Source: the human T2T-CHM13v2.0 reference genome, Homo sapiens | Assembly: GCF_009914755.1 (NCBI RefSeq) | Contig: NC_060926.1 | Strand: one strand, 5' to 3' | DNA: 64,000 nucleotides | Shown here: in pieces, positions 44,980 to 58,629 of the stretch | Layout of the letters: each line of letters starts with the position of its first letter | How positions within the stretch are numbered: the stretch's first letter is position 1 | Program-made: the position numbers and the translations under genes | The notes under the pieces: model-generated | Seen by the model: only the letters and a program-made list of their open reading frames with translations | What the model was told of the DNA's origin: nothing | The model's database searches: none

Positions 44980-45580
44980 GGTTGTTTCTCAAAAAGTAGG
45001 ACATAAAAATTACCATACAGCCCAGCATTCCACTAACTGGATATATACCCCAAATAATTGAAAGTAGGGACTGAAATAGATACTTGTGTGCCAGTGTTCA
45101 TTGCAGCATGATTCACAATAGCTAAAAGCTGGAAACAAGCCACATTTCCGTCAACAGAGGAGTGGGTAAACAAAATGTGGTATAAACTCAAAATGGAATA
45201 TTGTTCAGCCACAAAAAATAGTGAAGTTCTGACACATGCCACCATGTGGATGAACCTTGAAATTATTAAGTGAAGTAAGCCAGACATAAGAGGACAAATA
45301 TTGTATGAGCCTACTTATATAAAATATCTAGAATAGACAAATTCATAAAGACAGAAGGTAGATTAGAGGTAACAAGAGGTTGGAGGGAGGGGAGAATGGG
45401 AGTTATTGCTTAATGGGTACAGAGTTTTTTTTTGGGATGATGAAAAAGTTTTGGAAATAGTGGTGATGGTTGTACAACATTATGACTGTACTTCATGCCA
45501 CTGAATTGTATGCTTAAAAGTGGCTAAAATGGCAAACCTTATGCTGTATGTATTTTACCAGAAATAAAAATGACAATTAA
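44980..45580 (+). mobile_element. L1MB-like 3' end
   Basis: tggaatattgttcagccac...gccactgaattgtatgcttaaaa. Confidence 0.85.
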
Positions 45581-46285
45581 AAATTATTATTAACTATGCT
45601 GTCCCACACATCAGTAATTGTGGGAGATTTTTCTTTTCCTGGAGCTTGGAAATCCTAGACAATTAGAGGAAACTATAGACTGTGCAGCCCCCAAGTCCTG
45701 ACCAGGAGGACCATGGCTGTCTTTTCTATTGGTGGTGGAGGAGATGCCAGGAGGGCATGTGGTGTGCTGGGAACAGTTCCTGTGAGCTCTGGGTCAGTCA
45801 GGGGTTCCCCAGATCCCCCTGCCAGCTCAAGAGCCACTGGTGGTCCCTGCCTTTCACATGAGCTGGCTGTCAACCTGAGGAAGGGACGTCAGCATCAATT
45901 CATCAAAATCAGCTGTGCCCTGCATGTTCAAGTCCCTTTTCTCTCTCTCTCCAGGTCTGTTTATCCAGTGGATTTGCATTTCCCTGAGCACCTTGGACAA
46001 ACTCATTTGTACTCACACAGCCAAGTGCTGGCAGGGCTGGGGGCTGGCTCTGAGAGTGGCTCACAGCGACAGGGGTGGGCATATTAGCAAAGTGCCAGGG
46101 AAAAAGATTGTCTTTATTGGTGCTTTGAATCCCCACTCTAGCTTGTGAGCCAGCCCAAGTTTCCTGCCAAAAGCATGGGTGCAATCTGGAAGGACTCTAA
46201 CTAAAGCTGAAAGAAATGAGACATGCTTCCTTTTCTGCTTCTCCATGGCTGTTCTATTTTGCCTTATTTGAACCATCCTATTATC

Positions 46286-46650
46286 TGTCTTAGCCTGCTT
46301 GGACTGCTATAACAAAATACCATGGGCTGGATGAGTTAAACAGCAGAAATTTATTTTTCCACCTTTCTGGAGGCTGTAAAGTCTAAGATCATGGTGCCAG
46401 CATGGTCAGGTTCCAGTGAGGGCCCTTTTCCTGGCTTGCAGACAGCCACCTTCTCATTGTGTCCTCATTGGTGAAGAGAGGTGCTGCTTTTTCTTCCTCT
46501 TCTTTAAAGGCACCAATCCCATTATTGGAGTCCCACCCTCATGAGCTCATCTAACTTTGATCATTGCCCAAAGTTTCCATCTCCAAATACCATCACACAG
46601 CGGGTAGGGCTTTAACATATGAATTTTGGGAGGACAAAATTCAGTCCATT
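46286..46650 (-). mobile_element. MLT1A/B MaLR LTR
   Basis: tgtcttag...ctgctataacaaaataccat...ggaggacaaaattcagtccat. Confidence 0.8.
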
Positions 46651-48714
46651 TCTGGAGTCCCCGTTGTCTCAAAAAACACTTCCAGTTTTCCATTTGTGGA
46701 AATTTGCTCTTGGAATTAGGAAATCCTGAATACACTTGAAGTCTCTTTAGGAGGCCCTTGTTGGGCTGTTGTTTAGGAATGGCCTGGCCTATTGCAGCCG
46801 GGGAGCCGGCAGGCTTCCTGCCCATGGGACAGACCTCACGGGTCCACTGGGACAGGGGCACACTCAGAACAACAGAGTTGTACATGCTACCTCTAGGACT
46901 TCCCAGCCACACTTTTGGCATGTTCCTTTGTACATATGTACCTTAGCTTTCTCCTCCCTAAAGATGGCATTGCTAAAGCCCATTCACAGGCTGTGTGTAG
47001 ATTTAAATCAGTAATGCCTACAAGGATCCCCGTGCCAAACCTGGCAGGTAGCAGGAGCTCCATAAATGGTGGGGACTGTAACCTCCTGGGACGTGGCTGG
47101 GGGCCCAGCCCCACAGTCTTCCAGGTAGTGGCTCCGTTGGTGGGTTGAGGTGATACCAGCCTGCCTTCCCAGCTCTAACCCACCAGATTTCCCTTCCACT
47201 TCAGGATGTCTCCTTTTAGTCTTTATTTAGAAGCTAAGAAGCCCTGCCATAGCCCCATCCTTTGGTCCCTGTGACCTGTCCTGGCTACACCTCCCAGCCC
47301 TCAGCTGTCTCACACTGTGGCCTCTGGAAGCTGCCGACCCTCATTGGGCATGTTATGATCATTACCTCGTGTGCTCGATGTCATAGCTGTCCTTTTTCTT
47401 CTCCTGATAAGTGGGAAAAGAGAGAGGAGGCTTTCTCAAGCAAGGTGGGTGCATGTTTGAAGTTCGAGTTTTCATTAGGTATCCCCCAACCAACTCTACT
47501 TTTTCTCTCTTACCACTGCTTTTCGCAGTCTCTCTCAGAGCAAATGGTCCTCTCTGTGTCCTGTTCCCTGAGGTCTGCCAGGGGCAGGACGCTGGGTAGT
47601 CTGACAGGAGAACCACAGTGTCCTCTCGGAGGACACTCTGCGACATTCCCACGTGATCGGTTGATGCCTACCTCCCATTAGCCTCAGGATTTCTGTTTTA
47701 AGGAGTCCATACCCTCCTCCTGGCTCCTCCCAGCCCCTCCTCCAAGCTGTTCCACTGCAGTCAGTGGGTCTCCATCTTCTTGGAAACTCAGGCCACACAC
47801 CCAGGTGTCTCTCAGAGTCCTCTTTTTCCTTCTCCTCCCAAATCCATCCCAACAACTCTGTCTCCAGAATCTACCCTGAATCCCTCTACTTCCCCACTTC
47901 CCTGTCTGCCTCCTTCCTGGCCTGTGGGCTGGGGCCCATGCCCCTCCCAGAAGGCACCTGCTGAAAGCATGTCAGGCCAGGGAGCCCTCCACTTCCAATC
48001 CCCAGGAGCTCCACCTGCATTTGGCCCAGCTTGGTTGGATTAGCTGCCCTTCAGAGAATGTGGCTTTTGTGGGAAATGAACCCCACACTTTACCTGACTG
48101 TGTGGATTGAGGTCATGCAGACACTGCCTCTGTCAACTGCTGCAGTTTCCTGCAAACTTACAGGTTCACTTCCACAGCCCAGGGTGCCTACTAAGACATT
48201 TAGTGAATGGGGGCTTTCAAAATGTGGATAAAACACTCTAGGTTTTTTTTCCTCTTCCTAAAGAGGAGGAAAGGATTTAAAACCTAGAAGAGGAATTTAT
48301 TGTCAAGAGTGCATTAGGCACCAGCCAAAGAGATTTAGAGGTGGAAAACCTAACTTGTTTGAGTTTTAGAAAAATATTTTTTTAAACTTAACTCCCAAGA
48401 TGGTTTAGGGAAAAAACACGTACCATTTGGGTTGCTTCCATTTCCCATGTTGGAATTAGTAATGCAATTTGCAGTGCCTGCGATGATTCTGTAGAGAAGT
48501 GAGCTGAGTCTTCAGGGTGTGAATCATCTTCCCAGGATACTTTATGATTCTCCAAATGAAAAGCACTTCACATGTCAGATGTGATTAGTGAAATTCATCT
48601 GTCCTGATGCCAGAGTGTGTTAGCTGGTCCGAGCTGCTAGAGTTGATCAAGTACCATTTCACAAAGTTAATACCAGGTTGTTCATACACGTGGGGTATGA
48701 ACAGAGAGCTCATC

Positions 48715-49235
48715 CAGATGCAGTGACCCCAGGAAAAAAGTCGACTCTAAACTTGCCTAAGCAAAAATGGTACTTATTGGCTGCTGTAATTCAGGAGTCT
48801 AGGATGCAGCAGGCTTCAGGTCTGGGTGTGCAGGACCTGGTCTCTGCCATCTCTCAACTCTGCCTCCTTCCCCCAACCGGGTCCTCATACATTGGCTTCA
48901 TTCCCCAGCTCATGGCTGTATGGCCCCAGGCTTCCATCCCTCCAGATTTCATAGCCTCACAAAAGAGGGCTTCTCTTCCACAGTAGCTTAGCCTTGTGTC
49001 CTGGCTTCTACTCCAAATGGACACACCCAGATCATGAATCCATCCTGAGAGCCATTGTCTGGCCAGATGAGCCAGTCCTGGGCTCCCAACTCATCCTAAA
49101 GCTGGGATGGGGTGGGGTCAACATCACCCACAAACCACTTGGACAGATTCTAGGGGAGGAGGGCTCCCCAGATGAAAACTGGGGTTGTATAGCTAGGAGG
49201 GGGAAGGAACTCTGACCTGCAGGCACAGCAATGTC
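48715..49235 (-). mobile_element. MLT1K-like MaLR LTR (degenerate)
   Basis: gcagtgac...tattggct...ggcttcagg...gccatctctc motifs. Confidence 0.45.
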
Positions 49236-49412
49236 CCTACATTCAAGTTCTTCTGTCTTTGCAGTCAGTCACCCTGCTCCTTCCAAACGGCCCTGCTCAA
49301 GCCACTCTGCCTCTTCCTGTTTCTTCTCCTTCTCCTTCTCATCCTCATCCTCTTTGTCTTCCTCCTTCTCTTTGTCAGCAACACTTTTCCAGGGTTTACA
49401 AAAGACCAGGCA

Positions 49413-49730
<318 letters not shown>

Positions 49731-50554
49731 CAAAAGGCCAAGCAAAGGCTTGGTGGTTGACTCTCACTGAATCCTCATGGTCACTATATGAAGTATTATA
49801 AGGCATTAGGTAGCTTGGGTTTCAGCCTCAGCCCTTCCCACTTTCTTAGGATGTGGGTGAGACACTTTCCCTCTATGAATCCCAATTTCCCATGTTAAAT
49901 GGGGATGATGATGCTTTCTCTCCAGGGTTGTTGTGAGAGTCAGTGAGCTTGTAAGCTCAGTAGCTCAGTAAATGGGTACTCTCACCATTCATTTATCAGA
50001 TGAGGAAGCTGAGGCTACAATGTCATTTGTCCAAGATCCTGCAGCCGGTGGGTAGCTGAAGTGGGATTGAAACCCAGGGTGCTCATCCCAAGCTGCATGC
50101 TTGCTCCTTTTGCAGCGTTGCCTCTTCCATCCACCTTCCTGTAAGGAAACACTTTCTCATGGCAGGACTCACCTCCACAGACGGGTCAGCATCGAGGGTC
50201 ATTGCACACACACTTTGTTACATGTCTTCTGCATCAGGACCTAAGCTAGATCCTGAGAGGACAAAGCAGAATGAGCTTTCAGAGCATTCATTTGTTGGGG
50301 GGATCTGGGAGGCCTGAGGATGGAGGATTGACTTTCTGTGTCAGTCCTGAGCGACTCATGAGCCATGTCTGCAGAGAGAAACTGGAGCTCACCAGGCAGT
50401 GAAGAGGAAGGGCAAAGAAGCATGCCACTTGCAGGGCTTAGGTCAAGCACAGGGGGCTGAATAGCTGCTCCCTGATTGGAGTTTGGCCGTGGATTTAATT
50501 GTCTTTAGATTGCTGACTGTTGCTAATGATGGTTTGTATTGTCCTTGTTTCCAG

Positions 50555-50641
50555 TGCGGAATAATTTATTGGCTATTTGGTGGTGCTATCAGGAATCTCG
50601 GAAGCCCTGAACATGTTACTAAGTGGTTTCAGCCACTCCAG
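50555..50641 (+). CDS. ACOXL: ACOXL coding exon 3 ([29 protein letters not shown])
   Basis: Acceptor gtttccag|TGC; donor CAG|gtatgg; 87 nt; ACOX-type LFGGAI..LGS..H segment. Confidence 0.95.
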
Positions 50642-50980
50642 GTATGGTATTTTCCTCAACATTGGTCTTCTATGGAGAGCCTTAAAAATCTGTAGTAGAT
50701 AGATATGCATGTGTGTATGTGTTTGAAGAAAAATAAAATAAAACAGAATTTGTATCAGCAAAAATCTTGTTGAAAATGAGAATTCCAAGACTATCTTTTT
50801 TATGTTGCATTGGGCCTGTCATGTTGTTAAGCTCACATTCGCTGTCATCAGACTGCATTTTTATAATTTTCTCCAACCCACCTGTCCCTCTCTCACCACC
50901 ATTCTTAATGGTCCGAGGGGTCTGCATTTGGAGCAACTGCCTGACCAGCTAATTCCCTTCTAACATCTGGTAAACTCCAG

Positions 50981-51079
50981 GAGCAGAAATACACTGGGAT
51001 GTTTGCAATGACCGAGAGGGGCCATGGGAGCAACGCGAGAGGGATCCAGACCGAAGCCACCTTTGACCTCTCTGCCCAG
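50981..51079 (+). CDS. ACOXL: ACOXL coding exon 4 ([33 protein letters not shown])
   Basis: Acceptor aactccag|GAG; donor CAG|gtgagg; 99 nt; FAD-binding motif FAMTExGHGSN of acyl-CoA oxidases. Confidence 0.96.
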
Positions 51080-54000
51080 GTGAGGAATCCATCCTTCTCC
51101 TGCCGTGCAGGGGAGCTGGAAACCTGGACAGAAACAGATCTCCTTCTTTCTGTGTCCAGCTTCACACCCTCTGTGTGTGCTCTCTGGCCCAGGGAGCTGA
51201 GATTCAGATCAAATGCCTAAGTGTTTTAATAGAGGTGGATATGTGCTCAGCCTTCGTGTACCCAACATCAGCCAGCATGTTGCCTTTGAGGCAATATGGT
51301 GCCTTTGAGGCACTGAACACTGCTTCAAGCACTTTGTGTGCACTTGTGAATTTAATCCCTTGTCATAACTCCAAGAGAACAACACTAAAACCATTTTGTA
51401 GTCGTCCCTAGCAGTAGCAGGAACAGACTGGAGGAGACGCCTTTGTTGGTCCTCTCCACTGTGCCCTGTGTCAGGAGGGCACTATGCTGGGGCCACCTTA
51501 TCAGGAGCTGAGTCTTCTGTACTGGGATCATGTGCTGTCCCTTACCGTGACCTGCACTGACATTTTACATGACAACAGAAACAAGAGTGTCACCAAACGG
51601 TCTGACTCTTCTACCTTTACTCTATATGGTCAATGCTGAGGTTTTTCCTTTTCATTCTTTTCTTTGTCTTCCTTTTCCTTTCTTTTCCTTCTCTGTTTTT
51701 CTTCCTTTCCATTCCCTTCTTGCTAACTAAAAAGATGTTGGCTAAGTCTCTCTACATTGCTATCTCTGTCCATAGTGGGTCATAACATACCCTCGGGACG
51801 CTGCTTTGTAACCCTCATGCCCATCTCTTTAACTCCTACACGCACCCCGCCCCCGCCCCTCACCAAAAAAGAAAGCAACTGTGTACTTATCTCACTCTCC
51901 TTTATAGTTGCTTGCTTGATATTGGGTGTTCCTAAGAACTACAAAGGGATAAACAAATGTTGAGGTACTTTCTAGAAATGAAGCTATGTCAGTCAGTGTG
52001 TGCAAGCACGTGCCCGAGCGTGGCTGCGGGTGCTGCCTGGCCGTGTGGCTGCTCTGCTTCGTCTATTCTTTATTTTTGCAGTTTGTCCTTGAGCAGGTGG
52101 ATTTTTGTTAGCGGGGTTTCCTGACCCAGGGTTGCTGGTTGGAGGTGGCCAATGTCTGGAATGACAGATGCAGGGGCGGGGTGTATTGGAGGATGCCCTG
52201 CTTTTCCTTCTGCCCTGATGTTAGTTCTCTCCAGCAGCAAATGATGTCCAAGATCATAGTAAGAACAAGTACTACCCTATACTGACCACTCGTAAAGTGC
52301 CATGCTGTGTATCAAACTCCCTCTGTGTAGTATTCTATGTTTCCCCCCAGCAACAGTCCCAGGAACGCAACATTAAACTGGTCCTTTTAACTAAGCATGG
52401 CTGTGCCATGTACCAGGCTAAGCAGTCTACTTGTAACATCATTTCATTTCAAATGTTCTGTAACCTTACGAAAATGTATTATTGTCCCTACTTTACAGAT
52501 GGGGAAACAGAGGCTCACGGAGGTTAAGCAGCTGACTCTGGCTATGCAGTTAATGAGTGAGTTAGGTTCGGGTGAGACTGCCCTCAGCAGCTTGGCTTTT
52601 CTGCCAGTGGTGGCATGCTGACCTAACATCCTTTGGCTTTTGGCTGGCCGATTTTTTTCCTCTCCCGAAGCCATCGTATTAAGGTCACCTTGCTGTCGTT
52701 GATGGGGGGAAAACACCCACAGCTCTTATTTATTTGTTTCTTCTTACAATTATTACTTTTTTACAAAAATAATTTCCTGTGTTGGTCCCATTTTCCCCAA
52801 ACAGCATAAATGACTTAGCTACCTGGCGTGCCTCGGCAGCTACCACTGTCTGATAGGGGACCTGCAAAGTTGCAATCATAATGACGAGGGGCCTCTGGTG
52901 AACACTGTCTCCCGTGGGGCTGGGAGAGAGAACAATCCCATCATAAACTCATACCACCGAGAACTGACATAGCAGGAATGTATTTCTCCCTTCACTGGGT
53001 TCTGTGTTTTCCCCTTCATTTCCCTTTCAAAATGCTAGAGCTTATTAAATAAGTGTTCTCTCCCCAAGGACCATTTAAATCTCTTACATGTTTTGGTTAT
53101 TCATTCCTGTGGGTTGGTTGTTTTACATTTATTTTTGGGAGGTGGATTGGGTAGTGGTATGGATAGTTAAGAGATAAGAGAGAGTTTTATTTTTATACTT
53201 TATTCTAAATAGCAAAAATAAATGAGGTTATGAAGTCTCTGGCCAAAGGCATCATTTTTAGTTCCTACAACACTGACCATTTTGCTGGCCTTCAAACAAA
53301 TAATGATTACAGAAACTGACACAATGGTGTGTGTTATTTAGATGCAGCTTTAATGCCCGAGTTTGGGCTGATGCAAACTTTCCAAATCAAGCATTTTGCC
53401 AGAAGTGACAAACCTCCTTTCCCAGAGTGTAGCAAATGTTTATGGGGACGGGTGGCCTTCTGCTCCCTTCCCCACCCCACCAGATCGTTTCTGCCAGGCC
53501 AATGTTTCCTCTGCCACTTCACTTTCTTACCCTGAGTGTAAGCATGCGCCCACCCACATGGGTTGTATTTTTGTTGCTGTTATTTTTCTCTGCACTCAGC
53601 CTCAAGCAATGCCTCTCCTTGAGAAGCCCTGGCTACCCTGATAAGACAAGGGTGGCCTCCAGAGACATCTCTTAAAAAGATCCAGCATGTCCGTTTATGT
53701 TTCTGAAAAGCTCTTGCACAAGTTAAAAGTTTCCCTGTGCAAACATATGTCAGAGAATGTTTTCTTAGGCTTCAAGACTGTATTTCTTGGCCAGCGGGAA
53801 AGTGTTGTCTATATACTTTATAGTCTGAAATCTGAGATAATCTTTGCACGATCAATAGCTTGTTGGTTTAGTTCAGTCACATCTTCAATACTGTCAACTC
53901 CAATTAAATGTGCAGTTCCACTCTCTGCCATTTCTCCTGGGCTCCCAACTTGCCCCAGGTGCCCTGTATTCAGAGCTGGCACCAGGGCCAGTTCCTTTTT

Positions 54001-55026
54001 GGCAAGAGGCTTAAAGGTAACCCAGGTGGCAGTGGAGACTGGGGAGAGCCAAGAAGTGAGGGGAGCATTTCCACTATCGGCTTCCAGAGAGTAGGACAGA
54101 GAAGACGGAGTTTTGAGCCGAGCCTGAGAACAAAACCCCTGCGTTTTCTTCCTGCTTCTTCATGACCAGTGTTAGTTTCAGACTGTTTTGAGCTGAAATC
54201 CTTGGACATATTCAGAGACAAACTGCATGGTACATTCTAAGATTTTTCCCTCCTAAGAAAGAGACTCATTTACAAGTTCTTCCATTTTAGGAGCTTGAAC
54301 ATATGAACCTCTTTTGGGAAACTTTATTATATGCATTGATCAGGGAAATAGAGAGACATTTTCAAAGGTTGAAATGAGGGATTTCTTTTTATAAAAATAA
54401 AAATTGGGCTGCTACTCTAAGCAGTGGTGGGAATAGGTCATGGCTGTCTATCAGTCTTGCTTTATCCAAGCGTACGGTTTTGGCCTTCAGTTCCCTGGCT
54501 TTCATTTAAACCAAGATCCATGTCATGGAGGCAGGAAGGTTCAGGGCCTGGGAAACAGCGAGGAACCAAGTGATTTGCCCAGAAGGAGTGAACACCAGCA
54601 GACAAAGTGCGACTCACAGATGCGGACCCTGGGACAAGCCATCTAAGGGCCCAGATCGTTGGATATTCCATCCTTTCTTAGAAATCTTGCAGGTGGGATA
54701 TTTGGAGATGAGGGGCATGGAGAGCTGAGCATATACCACCAGGGCTTTTAGAGGTTTTGGTGTTGGATGAGTTAAAGGTCAAAACTTTGCTATGAAGTAG
54801 TCTAGCGAGATAATTGAAGAAAGCCTTTATACATTAAAGCCAGGCAGGCTCAGCCAAACAGCACACATGTCAGCCTGGCATTATAAAGAGGAGAGACTGG
54901 GAGGGAGAGAACAAACACCTTTTAAAGATTGAAAACTGGCAACTTATTTTCTGGATCAGATTATTCCTTGAAAAATCACTTTAATCTCAGCCATTTTCAA
55001 AGCTGAGGTGGAGGTGAAATAAATGA

Positions 55027-55437
<411 letters not shown>

Positions 55438-55514
55438 GTATTCATTGCTTTGAGCCAGGGAGTTGAAATGAGCCATGGGAAGGGAAACACTGTTGCTCTG
55501 CTTTTTCTGTGTAG

Positions 55515-55629
55515 GAGTTTGTAATTGACACGCCGTGTGAAAATGCGGAGAAGATGTATATTGGAAATGCCATGTACGGGAATTATGCAGCTGTCTTTGC
55601 CCAGCTCATCATAGATGGAAGATCTCAAG
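55515..55629 (+). CDS. ACOXL: ACOXL coding exon 5 ([39 protein letters not shown])
   Basis: Acceptor ctgtgtag|GAG; donor AAG|gtttgt; 115 nt; phase 0-1. EFVIxTP and KxYIGN motifs (cf. ACOX3 KFWVGN). Confidence 0.95.
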
Positions 55630-55918
55630 GTTTGTTACCAATACAGACAACTAGAATAATTCTCTTCATTAGTACTATTTACCAGTGAAAAACCATTTCA
55701 CAGAGCTGCTTTTATCTTGTAAATAATTCAGTACTAACTTTATCTCCTAATATGCATGAAGAAATTTATCATTACATTTTGACATTATATGCTCTCATGC
55801 TTGGTGCACAGTTGTAGAACTGAATGAGTTTGAGGATCACAGAAATGTTATACTATTCCAGGACATGAGTAAAGCTATAGGAAGGAGAGCTTAATAATGA
55901 TCTCGATGCCTTCCTTAG

Positions 55919-56005
55919 GGCCCCACTGTTTCATCGTTCCTGTCCGGGATGAAAACGGAAGCTTGTACCCAGGAGTCACAGCTATTGATATGATGTACAA
56001 GGAGG
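55919..56005 (+). CDS. ACOXL: ACOXL coding exon 6 ([30 protein letters not shown])
   Basis: Acceptor ttccttag|GG; donor AGG|gtgagt; 87 nt; phase 1-1; HxFIVPxRD...PGV motif. Confidence 0.95.
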
Positions 56006-56540
56006 GTGAGTCCCCAGGTGCCCTTTTCCTGTGCTCACTCTTCCTACCTGCTCCCCACCTGACTCAAGGAGAATCTAACCTACGTTATATTACCGAAGCA
56101 CTGAGGGTGGAGAAAACTTCCCCAGAGAAGATGTCCAGATTTTGAAGCCTCATGAAGTCTTTTATGTAGAACTGTTCAGGAATGTCGTAGATTGCCTTTT
56201 ATGAATGTGCATTGGTCTCAGTTTCTTCCAGCTTCTCAAATTTTCCAGTAATGAGGTAGTTTTGCCCACAATCCTGTTTTGTCTTCTCTCATCTGAGACT
56301 TGGGGGCTCTCAGGGGGCAGGCTGTAGCTCTCTTCTTTGTACCCCTGGCCACCTGTCTGCTCTCTGTGCTCTTGAGGCCCTTAATGAGTCCTGAGGACTG
56401 ACTCAGTGCCCTAGTTTGCTAGGGCTGCCATACCGCTAACTGTGGGGCTTAAACAACAGAAGTGTATTGTCTCACAGTTCTGGAGGCTGGAAGTCCAAGA
56501 TGACGGTATCAGCAGTGTTGGCTCCTTCTAAGAGTGGTGA

Positions 56541-57176
56541 TGAGAGGTGAAGCCAGCTGAACTTCCTGGTTCCAGAGGGGACTTGGAGAACTTTTCTGTC
56601 TTACAAGAGGATTGTAAAATGCACCAATCAGCACTCTGTAGCTAGGATTGTGAAACGCACCAGTCAGTGCTCTGTAGCTAGCAAGGGGATTGTAAAATGC
56701 ACCAATCAGTGCTCTGTAAAAATGCACCAATCAGTGCTGTGTAACTAGCAAGAAGATTGTGAAATGCACCAATCAGTGCTCTGTAAAACTCACCAATCAG
56801 CGCTCTGTAAAATGCACCAATCAGCGCCCTCTAAAATGCACTAACCAGCGCCCTCTAAAATGCACCAATCAGCAGGAGTCTAAAAGTAGCCAATCGCGGG
56901 GAGGATTGTAAAAAGGGCACTCTGATAGGACAGAAACGGAACATGGGAGGGGACAAATAAGCAAAGAAAAGCTGGCCACCCCAGCCAGCAGTGGCAACCC
57001 GCGCTACTTGCTGTGGAAGCTTTGTTCTTTCACTCTTCACAATAAATCTGGATGCTGCTCACTCTTTCGGTCTGTGCCACCTTTAAGAGCTGTAACACTC
57101 ACCATGAAGGTCTGTGGCTTCATTCTTGAAGTCAGCAAGACCACGAATCCACCAGCAGGAACCAACTCCAGACACA
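56541..57176 (+). mobile_element. LTR12-family (HERV9; LTR12F-like) solo LTR
   Basis: TGAGAGGTGAAGCCAGCTG...CCAGACACA; tandem GCACCAATCAG units; AATAAA at 57041; perfect 4-bp TSD GTGA. Confidence 0.9.
56624..56895 (+). promoter_or_regulatory. Array of 8 CCAAT (NF-Y) boxes in the LTR U3 region
   Basis: Counted 8 exact CCAAT plus 2 degenerate units. Activity is not shown by the sequence. Confidence 0.6.
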
Positions 57177-58556
57177 GTGAGGGAAGGATTTGTTCTAGGA
57201 CTGTGTCTTTGGCCTGTAAATGGTTGTGTTCATGTTAACCTGGTGTTCTCCCTGTGTTCATGCCTGTCTCCAAATTGCCCCATCTTACAGAGAACAGAAG
57301 CCATTTAGATTAGAGCCTACCCCAATGACCTCATTTTAATTTGATCACATCTGTAAAGACTATCTTCAAATAAGGTCACATACACAGGTATAAGGATTAG
57401 GGCTTTGATACATGAATTTTTTTTTTTTTTGTGGGGAGGACACAATTTAACCCATAAGATTTGGTGAGATCAGGACATGCCTGTATGCTCCAGTGACCAC
57501 TCAGGGCCAAGATCATGCCAAGCCAAGGAAGGGAGACTGGGAGAGAAGAAAAAAAAGAAGGAAGAGAAGAGGGAAGAAGTGGCCCATCCTTTAGTGGAGG
57601 GGACAGTCCATCCTGGCCCCTTAGTGTTTACTGTGCACTGCCATGGCTGCAGGCATGGCCGCAGGTGGGTTTGTGAGGGTTTTAGATGTATCTCCCGGGG
57701 GTGACCGAGGCCCTGGCTGGGCTGGGCTCCTTGAAAGTTCCTTGCATGTCAGATGTTGCTGAGAGCAGAGGGGTAGACTGAGCTCTGTGAAGTCGTGCCA
57801 GGCATTGAAAACACTGGCAATGGCAGAAAGTCTGCTCTGGTGCCCTTGTAAGCTGCTACATGCAAGTGTGTCCTTGTCAAGGGGTGAAGTTCTAAATAAA
57901 GACATTTACTAAAGACAGATTGTTTTCCCCTAGGTTAAATCTCTCTAAGTTTTCACAAAGAGAAGACCCCAGACTCTGGCAGGTGTCTTTAGGAAATGTG
58001 TCTGCCAGATTTCAGGACCACCCCTCCCCACTCCGCACTGCTTCCCCCACTTCCTGCTGTCCTTGTGGCTATTTTCCCTTGTCTTGTAGGCATTTGCTGT
58101 CAACAGTTTGCCCTGTGTGCAGACGAGAGAGCACTGGGAAGGAGGAGGGATTTGAGCACTGCATTCCTGGGGAGAGCAATCCTGCTACCCTGCCTCTGTG
58201 TTCAGCTTCCCATTCTTGCAGTTGCTTAGAACTCTCCCTTTCTTAATCACAGTCACTGCTCGGGAGGTAGGTGTGCATCCACTACATGCCCAAAGCATGC
58301 ACATGCAGGCTGCACAGAAGGAGAGTCCATTCTCCTCCACTCTCGCTAAGGAGGAAGGGGCCAGGCTGGTGGAAGAAACAGGCACAGCTCATCAAGGAAA
58401 CAACAGACAACATCCCCATGTCCACCCCCAAGGAAAAAGCACCAACAATTCTGGAAGTAAAATAAGGGGCTTTGTATTTTAGTGGCGACAGGCCTGGGAA
58501 GTAGCAGGGAAAATACTTCTGATGCTGCATCCATTTCCCCTTTCTATTCTTGCCAG

Positions 58557-58629
58557 GTCTGCATGGTGTGGACAATGGGATATTAATATTTGACAAGGTT
58601 CGGATACCCAGGGAGAACCTGCTGGATAA
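58557..58629 (+). CDS. ACOXL: ACOXL coding exon 7 ([25 protein letters not shown])
   Basis: Acceptor ttcttgccag|GT; donor TAA|gtgagt; 73 nt; phase 1-2. GVDNG and [12 protein letters not shown] hallmark motifs. Not in the ORF track. Confidence 0.96.

Larger units (their letters stand above)
56405..57458 (-). mobile_element. MLT1B/C MaLR LTR split by an LTR12-family insertion
   Basis: ctagtttgctagggctgccata...ctggaagtccaag; resumes after 57180 and ends ...gacacaatttaacccataa. Confidence 0.8.

Noticed and set aside
56581-56895. Regularly spaced repeats superficially like a CRISPR array
   Set aside because: There are no unique spacers, the DNA is eukaryotic, and these are the known CCAAT tandem units of LTR12.
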